DNA from: Aplysia californica
Taxonomy: Eukaryota
Reading direction: 5' to 3'
Length of the DNA: 64,000 bases
Assembly (NCBI RefSeq): GCF_000002075.1
Contig: NW_004797628.1
Span: 401,682 to 465,681 of the forward strand
Part shown: piece after piece, positions 1 through 11,861 of the stretch
How positions within the stretch are numbered: the stretch's first letter is position 1
Layout: every line of letters begins with the position of its first letter
Notes under the pieces: model-generated
Database searches by the model: none
Told to the model about the DNA's origin: nothing
What the model saw: the letters and a program-made list of their open reading frames with translations, nothing else
Program-made: the position numbers and the translations under genes

Positions 1-950
1 TAACTACACTTTTATCATAGCATAGCCTGTAGTGTCACAGACCTGTTGACCACAACAAAAAGCCAGCAAAGTTGATAGTTTAGCATTATACTAACACTTT
101 CGTTTTATGACTTTTTTAAACACAACAAATGACAACGTATGCATTAGGAAGCATACAAAAACAGTCAAACTTTGAATAAAATCCATAAACTCCATTACAA
201 CTAAAACTGAGGGGCAACAAGTCTTTGAATAAAAGATTAAGATAGATGATGGTTTCAAATTTTTTTCAATCCCACAATTTCTGTCAAAAACTCGAAGAGA
301 TAATGCTGTGCTGAACAGACTTAACAAATCTGGGATGGGGGGGAAATCAGGCCCCGATTGATCATATTCAGGCATAGTGTTTATTTGCCATACCATGACA
401 GTATTTCAGCCTGAACTAACTGGATCCATTATTCTTCACCATGATTTTGTTTTCTAACATTCTGCCGACACAAAGGACAAAACACTAACTATACAGATAG
501 ATTTCCAGCAATTTTAACTTCAAAGTCGTCTGCTATATATATTTTTTAAAACATCAAACTTTTCAGCTATTTATTAGGCCTACTATAAATAGCAACAGCA
601 AGACAACTGGGTTTTTTTCCATTCCACAGTACAACAATCTTAGATATTACAACATCAAAAGAGGTGATGTTTTGTGATGCAAGGCAGAGCTTTTTACTAG
701 TCCGTTTTTATAAGTTTTTTCTTGTACAATTTGATCGTTTTAGTGTTTAATAAAATAATGTTACGCCTACAAAGGTTGATCTAGTTATGCTACATGTAGC
801 ACAGAAGAAGGCCTAGATCTCGACAAAGCAGTCTATCCTATTACGAAGGAAATTTCAAATTGTAATGGGATGTTACTTACTTCTCAGACCACTCGGACAT
901 TTAAACACACGACAAGCATAAATACTCAAAAACAGAATTAATTATTCGAA

Positions 951-1517
951 GTGGCTAGCCGAGACTGCCAGTCTAGCCGTACTTAGATCTAGGTTTGGCC
1001 CTATCGACTCAAGCCTGTTAAGTACACAGGTCTCATTAGATTCTAGATCTAGTAATTATTCAGGTTCAAATACATGCAAGTCAGTAAGGCACCTTTTGGT
1101 TTTGTCTGAAATACAAATACTTTAGGCATTGCAAACTAAAAATTTCATTTACAATTCAGCCATCAAAGTACGGCTAGCCTGACAGTCTAGCCGTCCTTAA
1201 GTACGGCTAGCCTGGCTGTCTACCCATAATTAAGTACGGCTAGACAAGAAGTCTAGCCGTACTTATCTTAGGCCCTATTAACATTAGAAAACAGGAGGTT
1301 TAAAATACATGGACTGTCATTAAGGCACCTGGTTTCGTCTCAAATACAAATACTTTAGGTACTGCACACTAAAAATTCATATTTACTATATTCAGTAGGC
1401 CTATTTTTTTTCATTGGTCAGTCTAGCCATCATATTTAGAATAAGTACGGCTAGCCATCCAGTCTAGCCGTACTAAAAGTGCGGCTAGACTGCCACCGTC
1501 ATTAAGTACGGCTAGCC
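951..1517. repeat. Clusters of ~33-bp palindromic units (TAAGTACGGCTAG-N7-CTAGCCGTACTTA) separated by a duplicated ~85-bp spacer
   Basis: Hairpin units at ~951-985, 1167-1265 and 1420-1517; spacers ~1062-1146 and ~1296-1378 are clearly homologous (aaatacaaatactttagg shared). Confidence 0.8.
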
Positions 1518-1756
1518 TCTTCCTTAAATATTTTGTGGAAGGGGACAACAAAACCTCATTATTTAAGATAAAAGTGCACAGTTTTATAAGTCAAATGTAA
1601 TAATATGGCCAGATGTATTTTTGTAAGCTCACACAAATACAATATATCAAAACAATGAGACCAGATTGTGTGACAAGTTAACAAGCAAGCCAGTTTGCCA
1701 TTTTCTTTCCTTTGGAATTGCTTTTTATTAGGGAAATTTACCAATGTTTACCAATT

Positions 1757-2697
1757 CGAAGTGACTATTCGGACTCGAGTCCGAATATTAAAAAAATGTT
1801 ATTCGGACTCTGATTCTTGTCCAGCATGACATCACTTCCGACTTCCTGTGACTCGTGACTCCGGCTTCCGGTCCTGCCTCAAGCTGGGTAGAGACCGCGA
1901 TCACTTCGGGCAAAAAGGCGTTTTGTGCAGGAGCCGAGTTTTTATCTTATGATGAATTTGAGGGCGGGCTGAAAAGTTATAGCAGTTCTAATAAATGTTT
2001 ATTGTCAAGAGGTCATCAGAAGCATTTAAAGATGGCTCGTTAGCGTGTGTCGGGGTCGGATGGGAGGCCTGCACACGTGTAGCTGTGTGCGTGTCAAGGA
2101 GGGGGTTGGGGGGGCACTATCGGTCCGGGCGTTGAACGTCGCATACGCGTCAGTCTTTTTCCCCCTGGCAACTAATCATTATTACAATAATAAGCTAATC
2201 TTGACGTAGATCTACGTAATGAATTGTGCGCTGGTCTATGGAATCAAAAGTTGCCGTATGCTCAGCTCTACACAGCAACACAACTTTTTCTTGGTAAACA
2301 ATCGAAATGACACAGGCTTGTGTATTTGAACGAATCGGTCTTTTTTTTTTTAACAGCTCATAATATCAGGTGCCAGGTGGTCTGCTAATCTTCAATTTTA
2401 CCATTTTCTTCAACAAAAAAAGTGGGAAACATGGGGGGGGGGGGGGGGCGTATCAATGAGGCGGCGGGCATTGGATCGGCAGAAAAAGTGTGGGGGGAAA
2501 CTAAAAAATGGCGGAAAATTGGAAGCACTGAACGATAGACCTATAGAACGAAGACACTTCCTTTTTCCAGACCCGAGCCCGAATAACATTTTTTTATATT
2601 CGGACTCGAATCCGAATAAGAATTTTTTTTATTCGGACTCGAGTCCGAATTATAATGAAAAAATGTTATTCGGACTCGAGTCCGAATAACCACGGCC
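1757..2697. mobile_element. Non-autonomous DNA transposon, MULE-like (copy 1)
   Basis: 9-bp TSD TTACCAATT (1748-1756, 2698-2706); subterminal 22-bp palindrome TATTCGGACTCGAGTCCGAATA at both ends; inverted near-identical copy at 14609-15520. Confidence 0.85.
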
Positions 2698-4769
2698 TTA
2701 CCAATTCAATACAACCCATATTGATTATAAATCAACAAACTTAAGATTTTCCAATCAAAAGAAGAAAAAGAAAATTGAATAAAAATGAAGGTCTCCATCT
2801 AGACCTACCCATCCAGAGTTCATCCAGTTTCACACAGCCCGAATCGCGTTCCCATTCACCCCCTCCCATCCCTACCATGTCTAGCCCTCGCCCATCCTCT
2901 TGGCTTTGGGGCCCGTGAATATTAGGAGGCACACTAGATCCTGCAATACAATGTCTTAGGAATCGAGGATGGGCCTTGTGCTTCGCGCGAGATGGAGAGA
3001 AAGGAGAAAAATTCTTCGCTTTTGGGGCCGCTAATTGCTTTTATTTGGTTATCGCTGAAAGCGACTTCGGTCTGTTTGCAACCTCGTTGGAGCTGATATA
3101 GAGGACAAAAACGAGGATTAAGGATTGCCTCGTTGGAGCCGACTTCTCGTTCAATGTGACCTCGTTGAATGTGACACCCACTGTACTTGTACACTACAGG
3201 CTACAGGCCTTTTAGTTTTACAGACTTTAGACACCTTAGACTTGAAAACTAGATAGTTGACCTACTAAGTACTAGACTAGATTGAGCAACAGTGTCATGA
3301 GAGAGAAAACAAATGTAAGAACAAGCCAAATTAATACTGGAAAAGATTGAACTTTGGTGGACCCAACTCAGAACGAAGCCGCAACTTAAACTACTTTTGA
3401 GCCTAGCTTTGCAATGAATGGTCCACTCTTATGTTATTGTTTAGCATTTATGTGAGTGGTTTTTTATTATTATTATTGTTTCCAGGGGCCCTGAAACCTC
3501 CCACTAACAGGGGGGCAAGCCCGCCTGAAACCCCCCACTATTCAATATTGTATGGCTAGTGTACATTGATACATATGATATGTATACATGTAAACACAGT
3601 CGGACTGTCAGTTTGCTAGATCAGATCTAAATGAATTTCCAGTGATTTAGAAAAGAAAAGTTGAAGTTAAAGCCAAGTTTAAAATTGAAACCCACAGAAA
3701 ATCAAAATGAAACAGTTCGAAAACTATTACTATTTATTATAATAACTAAGCGAAAAACTATATTAAACTAGATCTAGGATGCTATCTGCTATCATGCAGT
3801 AAACCAGCAGAGTAGAGTGCAGCCTGCAGCTTGTGAAATGCACCAAGTGAATACAACAACACAGGCCAAGCAGGAAAGTTAGTTTCATAATCATCACATC
3901 CTTCCATTTTCACATTTTGTTACACACAATTTCTTGGCAAAAGCCTGCCTGACCATGCCATAAAGGTTAGGTGTACCGTGTAGCAATGGTATGCCAAGAC
4001 TTAGTTCTAGATCTAGATCTAGTTGATCTAAATCTAACACCAAAATAAAAGACTGAGGGGAATTGCTATTAATTGCTTGAAAACCCAAGAGAAGGTATTT
4101 TCAACTTATGACAAAAGTACAAAGAAAATTGACAAAGTAAGAGCAGTAGGAGAGTAGATCTAGAATCTAGGCTTTGACAGAACAAGGTAGGTAAGTCAAA
4201 AAAATTCAGTACAATTACGATCTCCATGTTCTCCTAAAGCTACATGACCAGAGACAAATGCACATGACTTCTTTGTTCATTAGGCTATCCATAGCGTGTC
4301 AAAACGAAGCTATGACCGCGGCGTCCATAGTCCATGGATCGTGGATTTTGTCAACACAAGCAGAGGCAGCACTTTTCTTTCTAAACAAAAATACTGTGTG
4401 ATTCCTCAGTAAATGAACGAGTCTCCTTTCCTCCAAAAGCTCCTTGAAGTATACTAAGATCATGCCAGTCACTGTAGAAGTAGTTAAGATGAGAGGCTAT
4501 GTTTACAACTAGGCCTAAACCATGAATCTCTGTCCATCCCATCGATAGTTGGCACGAAAGTGCGATAGGCTAGCCCGACTCTCCACTGTGACTGACTACT
4601 GACGCCAAACGCACTCCGCATCGAGGCACCGTCATTACATTTTTAGTGTTCCACATGACACACTCGTCACGTGACCCCAAGTTAAAAATAACCAAGACCT
4701 TCAAATGGAAAATTCTGGCTCCATACCATCACTTTTCAACCTCTTATTAAACGATTCATGAATACTCAC

Positions 4770-5240
4770 TGCGTCTTTTCCAGTGATTAAAGCTTGAATT
4801 TCCTTATCCTTCTTGATCAGTTCATCCTGTTGACATTGAATGAGCTCTGCTTGAGTCAGTAGCAGATCTTTTAAACGACCCACTTCCTCGGCTGCCCAAT
4901 CGCTCGAAGTTGCTGCAGAAGCCATTGGCACTGCGGAAACAGCTTTGTTGAGGGTTCGCGACTGCTCTGTCCCATTGTTTGAAACACTACCTGACTCACA
5001 CTTGTCTTCTTTATCACTGTGTGCATGAGAATTCAACATGGTGGTCTGTTTTACTTCATCCTCTTTCTCTTTGGCATACTTTAAACTTTCTTGAATCGCT
5101 AATGACAGTTCCATATCAAAGTCCCCTACGCCATTCAAAAGAAGGGATTTCGAAGCAACTTTCCGCCTCGGAAATAATCTGCCCTCTGGGCGACACTTTG
5201 GTTGAACGCCAATATTAGACTTCATAGTAGAACGTTTCAT
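4770..5240 (-). CDS. MSL1: MSL1-like (male-specific lethal 1) first coding exon, 157 codons, including the coiled coil
   Basis: LKDLLLTQAELIQCQQDELIKKDKEIQALITGKDA aligns with the MSL2-binding coiled coil of vertebrate MSL1 (LKQILLLQLDLIEQQQQQLQAKEKEIEELKSERDT); ends at a consensus phase-0 donor GCA|GTGAGT; downstream exons not found in window. Confidence 0.8.
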
Positions 5241-5789
5241 TTATATCAACTAGAGTGGCTAAGCAAGTACACAGAAATCCAACACACATTCAAATTTTCG
5301 GCAGTAACAGCATCTCAGATTTGGACTGAACTCGTTTGAGTTGTTGCTATTATTTTTCATGTGCCCGTCTTCCTTCTCCTAGATCACTGAAGAGTTCTCA
5401 TAGATCTAGATCTATGGCCTTTTGCCTAGCCTAGGCTAGGCCTTGTTGAAAACGAAGCAAAAGACAGTTGCGGGCTTGGCAAACACGTTCGTTTACCATG
5501 CCAAAAAGGAAAAAAACATATTTATTGTGTTAGAAAATTAAAAACGTATACCTTGCTCACTTTTGTATGTCCATATTTGAAAAGAATTTGCTCATTTATT
5601 AATATGCCAATGCACATGAAACGCTGAGTGGCATTCAAGTAGACTGGCGACCATCTAGATCTAATTAACGTCGAGATTCCACAGTCGAACAGGCCTCAAA
5701 TTATAAATGCAGAGGGAAATACATATACAATTCTTATTATAATATAATAAACGTATATGGTCATTAGGACAAGTGCATCGCTAAACTCT

Positions 5790-6435
5790 TCTTTTTTTTG
5801 GGTAAGTGTTTTAAGACGCTCACAACTGCATACGGATACATGAGCGCGTGGGACACATTAAACTTTTTCAGTTGGTGAGTTGGTGGGGAATTTTGAATTT
5901 TGCCCGGGTGACGCCGAAGCCTGCTCTTATCAAATTTAGACCACCAAGGGATCTTTAACCTGCGCAATAGACAGTGAACGATCTTGTCAATTTGATAGTG
6001 TTGGAGCGCGTGAAATCCGCAGTTTGCACTGAATGCCGTATGCTATTTATTCTGAGTGTTTTCAGGGGGTCTGCTGGGGTAATAATAGATATCTAGTCTA
6101 GTTGTAAAGCGCATAGAGCATGCTCTTAAGCATGGATATGCGCTATATAAATGCAATCATTATTAGATCTATCATTAACTTTGCACACAGGCCCTCCGAG
6201 ATTTTTCGCCCTTGTCCGAGGAGACTAGGTGTAGATCTTTCCTACCAGAAGATAAGGGGTACGCAGCCGAAAGACAGCAGTAAGATGTAAAGAACGCCAT
6301 GGTAGTGTAGCAATAGCCTGCTAGCTTGCAGTGCAGAAAGAGTCAGGAGCCCAGAGGCGGGGGCAAAGGAGGAGACGAAAGCAGACCACAGAACATTGCA
6401 AGAGAGCAGTAAAGGAGGTGAAAGGAGACAATGCT
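5790..6435 (-). mobile_element. tRNA-derived SINE family copy lacking the head, interrupted by a ~210-bp insertion
   Basis: 5790-5950 and 6190-6435 are reverse-complement matches to the 3' and middle parts of the SINE at 10144-10658. Confidence 0.8.
5968..6180 (+). mobile_element. Retroposon 3' tail (L2/CR1-like) inserted in the SINE
   Basis: ttgtaaagcgcatagagc...gcgctatataaatgcaatcattatta tail; related copy at ~52140-52200. Confidence 0.5.
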
Positions 6436-6742
6436 AAACTCTCCATATCGCACAGTCTAAATTAATTATCTTTTAAACCAGGGGTCTTTGTCTAGAGCTC
6501 GCGATCCGTTAACCAGTTGGCACCTCGCGCAGGTCGATACAATTTGATATATCTTATTACATGTATTTGGAATCAAAGTTTAGGTTTAGCCTAGTACTAT
6601 TGGTGCGTTTTTCTCACGTGCATCTTTTTGCCGGGGTGTTGCCCTGGGGTTGGGTTGTTTTGGGTTTTTTTTTGGAGAGGGGGGTCTTTCTTTTTAAATA
6701 AATTTATGGGGAACCATAGTACCGCTCAAGTTCTGTCTGCTA

Positions 6743-6775
6743 CACAGAATTCTATACTTAGTGTAGAATTCTGTG
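6743..6775. mobile_element. 33-bp palindromic micro-element with 8-bp TSD
   Basis: CACAGAATTCTATACT-T-AGTGTAGAATTCTGTG (16-bp arms, 1 mismatch) flanked by GTCTGCTA at 6735-6742 and 6776-6783. Confidence 0.8.
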
Positions 6776-7249
6776 GTCTGCTATTATAACTATGATTGAG
6801 ACGAGAACATAGATTATAGCCTGCTTCAAATTCGCCTATCCGTGTGATCTTTGAAAAAAATATTGCTCATGTATTAATTTGCCAATGCGCACATAACTTT
6901 GCATGACACTGACACTCCTGTAGGCCAGTGCGACCAGACAATTATTATTTTTTAAAATATTCATTCAGTGATTTTGAATTTTTTGTTTAGAAAATATTGA
7001 TTTAGTAATTTTGTTTTAGTTTAAGTTTCTTTATTTTGGGCCTTATATTAAACGCCGCCCATTGCCATGGGTACATTGACAGGATCACTACCAAACAATA
7101 ATAAATTATTTACAGCCAACCTAACCTGCAAATTGCTCATTTTGAGACAGCGACACCACTCGGCTCCCACGTTCGTTGCGAGCTTCCAGATTTGTCGATT
7201 ATCCTACTGTTAGATCCGCGCACCAAAACCTACGAAAATTGAACAGACT

Positions 7250-7528
7250 GTTGTTGTTGCTTTGTTGTTGTTTTTGTTGTTGTTGTTTTGGGNNNNNNNN
7301 NNNNNNNNNNNNNNNNNNNNNNNNNNNNNNNNNNNNNNNNNNNNNNNNNNNNNNNNNNNNNNNNNNNNNNNNNNNNNNNNNNNNNNNNNNNNNNNNNNNN
7401 NNNNNNNNNNNNNNNNNNNNNNNNNNNNNNNNNNNNNNNNNNNNNNNNNNNNNNNNNNNNNNNNNNNNNNNNNNNNNNNNNNNNNNNNNNNNNNNNNNNN
7501 NNNNNNNNNNNNNNNNNNNNNNNNNNNN

Positions 7529-7565
<37 letters not shown>
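7250..7565. repeat. (TTG)n and (CA)n microsatellites flanking an assembly gap (7293-7528)
   Basis: Directly visible. Confidence 0.95.
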
Positions 7566-7569
<4 letters not shown>

Positions 7570-8719
7570 CACCACCACGTCCTTTATTTTGGGCTGACGA
7601 CGTCCCGCTTGCTAAGCGTTCCTTCAAGTTGTGAACGACAATCCACAGAGACTTTATTGAACTAATCTATTGTCACACCAAGAGAGCTTAGAATAATACA
7701 ATCGTTAGTATACGAACTCGCTGACACCAAGAGACAACAGTCTGTACACAGCAATTATTGAGAAGTCAAGGGGGGGGGACCAACTACACGATCCGCCGCG
7801 AAGGATTTAAAGTCTAATTTTCTATTTTGTAGATTCATTGGAATTTACGGCTTCATGTTTTTTGGATGTGTTGCTTTGTTATCGATCTAGGTTTGGGAAT
7901 GATGGCATACTATGGGTTTTACAATTTACACCCCTTTCAACAGAACATCAGACAGAGTTTTATGCGTTACGAAAACTGCCCTAAACAAAATAATATAACT
8001 GTATCTCGTAGATTCTAATTCAGTTCAGTTTACAAGGACCAAGGGCTTAGTTCGGTAAGTAAACTGGCAAGCACGTTGTGAAATAGAATCTAATTCTTTT
8101 AACGTGAAGAGTGGGACTTGTTGAAATAGAAAAAGCTTACAGTCGTTTGCAGGTGAGTGTGTGCAGGGTGAAATTTTACTGCACTGCACTTTTCATTTTG
8201 TGAAATGTAATTGAAGAGACTAATAAAAATGAAGCCTATTTCGTGTAGACTATACCAGAGAGGGTTTACAGTAATAGAGAGGTGACACTCGTGGCGGCGC
8301 TCCATAACAACAGTGCATTGTTTCGCATATCGCCCGGCGGCGGGGCGCGAAAACACTTACGCGCGGTGATCGCTGCTACGGCGATTCTTAGGGATGCTGT
8401 CCTGTCATGAGAAAATGTAGTACCTTAGTTAGTTCATTAAGTTACCTTTAACAAAGAAGGAGGCCTGTGAATTCTATCGCATATTTTAGGAAACCCCTTG
8501 CCTCCCTCGGCCATAAACTGTAGGCCTAAGACTTGTTTTTGGCTTAAGTTAACATACATTTCTAATACTAATAAACAAATAGACACAGATACATTACTTC
8601 GTCTCTATAGATCTGAAAAAAATAACAATATCCCCGCAATTAAAGGAATAATCGGTTTAATTAATTTTCAGTAAATCTACTCATTCTCCGGTGTCCCTCT
8701 GTCATCTCTCTCTCCCTCC

Positions 8720-8720
8720 C

Positions 8721-8757
<37 letters not shown>

Positions 8758-8795
8758 TTCTCTTTCCCTATTTCTTCTTCTCCCCCTTCTCTCGC

Positions 8796-8850
<55 letters not shown>
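8720..8850. repeat. Interrupted (CTGT)n microsatellite preceding gap 8851-9710
   Basis: Directly visible. Confidence 0.95.
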
Positions 8851-9840
8851 NNNNNNNNNNNNNNNNNNNNNNNNNNNNNNNNNNNNNNNNNNNNNNNNNN
8901 NNNNNNNNNNNNNNNNNNNNNNNNNNNNNNNNNNNNNNNNNNNNNNNNNNNNNNNNNNNNNNNNNNNNNNNNNNNNNNNNNNNNNNNNNNNNNNNNNNNN
9001 NNNNNNNNNNNNNNNNNNNNNNNNNNNNNNNNNNNNNNNNNNNNNNNNNNNNNNNNNNNNNNNNNNNNNNNNNNNNNNNNNNNNNNNNNNNNNNNNNNNN
9101 NNNNNNNNNNNNNNNNNNNNNNNNNNNNNNNNNNNNNNNNNNNNNNNNNNNNNNNNNNNNNNNNNNNNNNNNNNNNNNNNNNNNNNNNNNNNNNNNNNNN
9201 NNNNNNNNNNNNNNNNNNNNNNNNNNNNNNNNNNNNNNNNNNNNNNNNNNNNNNNNNNNNNNNNNNNNNNNNNNNNNNNNNNNNNNNNNNNNNNNNNNNN
9301 NNNNNNNNNNNNNNNNNNNNNNNNNNNNNNNNNNNNNNNNNNNNNNNNNNNNNNNNNNNNNNNNNNNNNNNNNNNNNNNNNNNNNNNNNNNNNNNNNNNN
9401 NNNNNNNNNNNNNNNNNNNNNNNNNNNNNNNNNNNNNNNNNNNNNNNNNNNNNNNNNNNNNNNNNNNNNNNNNNNNNNNNNNNNNNNNNNNNNNNNNNNN
9501 NNNNNNNNNNNNNNNNNNNNNNNNNNNNNNNNNNNNNNNNNNNNNNNNNNNNNNNNNNNNNNNNNNNNNNNNNNNNNNNNNNNNNNNNNNNNNNNNNNNN
9601 NNNNNNNNNNNNNNNNNNNNNNNNNNNNNNNNNNNNNNNNNNNNNNNNNNNNNNNNNNNNNNNNNNNNNNNNNNNNNNNNNNNNNNNNNNNNNNNNNNNN
9701 NNNNNNNNNNGGGATTTTTTTTTTATAGCTGATATAAAAAAAGTTGAAGTGTGTTGAGTTTGTGCATGGAGTGTGAATCTGGTAGGACCACAATCACATT
9801 GTCATTATTTTGATCCATATTTTTCTATTCATCAAAATAT

Positions 9841-9940
9841 ATTCGTCATCCTTTGGAAATCGAAAGAAATTCAGATTTTGATTTTGATAGGTGCAGTTTA
9901 TAGTAGAACACCATTGACATTTCGTGCTAACCGGGGCCAT
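9841..9940 (-). pseudogene. THAP zinc-finger N-terminal fragment (probable transposase relic)
   Basis: MAPVSTKCQWCSTINCTYQNQNLNFFRFPKDDE has the THAP CxxxxC...FFRFPKD signature; similarity stops abruptly with no donor or C-terminal half visible. Confidence 0.55.
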
Positions 9941-10143
9941 GCTTGTCTGAGACCAACGACAATGCCTTGAACAATGTACGCAGTTTGTTTTGTTTAGCGC
10001 GCGTTTCTCCACGATCAGCTGGTGACCCAGATACGCGCATCATCCGGGCAAAGTGCCTTCTCTCTAGTGACTATACCTATTACGACATTACAGTCAGTCC
10101 ACATTCTCGGCAATATAACTTGACTGCGATCTTTTGATATATT

Positions 10144-10658
10144 GGGGGCTCTCGTGGCCAAGAGGTTAAGGTGTTGGCCTCTCATTCAAAGGTCCCGGGT
10201 TCGAATCCGGGTATCGACCGAAAATTTTCTTCTCTAAAAAATCTCCTTTCGCCTTTCACCTCCTTTCCTGCTCTCTAGCAATGTTCTGTTGTCTACGTTC
10301 GTTTCCACTTTCTGCCCCCACCCCCCTCACCTCCTTTGCCCCCTCCTCTGGGCTCCTTGACTCTTTCTGCAGCCTTTCTACTGCTACTCCTTGGCTCCTC
10401 CTTACTGCTGTCTTTCTGCCACACTCCTGATCTTCTGGTAGGAAAGATCTACATCTAGCCTTCTCGGACAAGGGCGAAAAATCTCGGAGGGCCTTGGTGG
10501 TCTAAAATCGATAAGAGTAGGCTTCGGCCGCCACCCGGGCAAAATTCAAAATTTTCTACCAACTGAAAATATTAGGTGTGTCCCGCGCGCTCATGTGACC
10601 TTATGCAGTTGCGAGCGCCGTAAAACACTTTACAAAAAAACAACAACAACAAAAAACA
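10144..10658 (+). mobile_element. Near-full-length tRNA-derived SINE
   Basis: A box TGGCCAAGAGG 10155-10165, B box GGTTCGAATCC 10198-10208, pyrimidine-rich body, A/CAA tail, 11-bp TSD with 1 mismatch (TTTGATATATT 10133-10143 / TTTGATTTATT 10659-10669); three other copies in window. Confidence 0.9.
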
Positions 10659-10992
10659 TTTGATTTATTGCACTGGGCAATAGTGAAATGCTATACAGGT
10701 ATATTTTCCCTGAAAACAAAATTAAGCCGTTACGGATTTCACACCTTCGCTTATTGAAAAAACTTACCGTGGTTAAAACAAGATACAAGCAAATCGCTCT
10801 GTTTTATCTTCTCGGGTCTTTGCATGCAGGTCTAAAAGTTGTAAGACCAACAGAATATAAAAGTCCATTAATAAAAATAACTGAAAACTAAAGTTCCGAC
10901 ACGTTTTCTTTGAAGTAAGCCTGACATGAATCAGTCATATTTGTTAATTTGCAGCCTACATCTACAACAGAAAAAGTTGACTACAGTCAAAC

Positions 10993-11861
10993 CAGGGGCG
11001 GCTCGTGGGGTTAAAAAGTGGGCGTGCACAATTAAGCAACAGCAGGTTGAAGATAGTCAAGGGCATAGTAAATGGTAGGATCTTTGAGTTGGTGAAGGGG
11101 GACCTTATGCTTTTATTTTCATTCTTTTTGCTGGTCGCTTTGATTTCTAGAACTAAATCTGTTAGTTAGCTAAACATCAATTTCCTTTATTTCGCATCGG
11201 AACTGAACACTCGAGTAATAACTTTCACCACTTCACTACAAAACCATTCAAAGGCGCAACACATAGGGCGGTGACTTAAGTATGTCTACTGAGTCTTGGC
11301 GTTCACCCCCCTCAGGTTCAAGGTCACAGAGTCGCTTAAAATAGCGGCAAGACAATGAACCAATCACAATTCACTTGAGCACTCTGCTGGATTGCTCCGG
11401 GGATCACATAATTTTGGCATTGAATAGTGTACCCAAGGGTGTACAGGCTATCGCGTTTATTTTTAGACTGCCTACTGTGGGCTATGTTTCGTGGGTGCAC
11501 ATTTGAAATGTGCCGTCTTGTTAATATTAATGTACCGCCAAACTCGCTACGAGTGACGTCATCGATTGGGTTATCCCAAAGAGTGCGATTTATAGGTCAG
11601 ATTGCCACTGTTGAATAATAATATTCTATTACGTTTAGTTAAAGCACCTGGATTTTGGCATGGCATAGTAGATGTTTTACGGCGCTTTTGACACAGAAAT
11701 GACAGTTACAGCGCCATCGAGGACCTTGTTTTGATATTATATTTGGCTAGTGTTTATTTCTGACGTCTCTTATTTCATGTTTGTGGGTGCTTTTCGTAAA
11801 ATAACATTTAAAAAATTTGGGCGGCACTGCACGACCGTGCTCTATGGACGAACCGCGCCTG
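10993..11861. mobile_element. Non-autonomous hAT element nested in a Tc1/mariner-type MITE
   Basis: TIRs CAGGGGCGGCTCGT / ACGAACCGCGCCTG; perfect 8-bp TSD AGTCAAAC (10985-10992, 11862-11869). Confidence 0.85.

Noticed and set aside
951-1517. CRISPR-like repeat-spacer array
   Set aside because: Eukaryotic intron context, loops only ~7 nt, spacers are duplicated rather than unique, no cas genes
4701-4769. C-terminal 22 codons of the 179-aa ORF
   Set aside because: Lies beyond a consensus GTGAGT donor exactly where MSL1 similarity ends; read as intron
10144-10220. Functional tRNA gene
   Set aside because: Acceptor and anticodon stems do not pair properly and the head continues into a multi-copy SINE body with TSD
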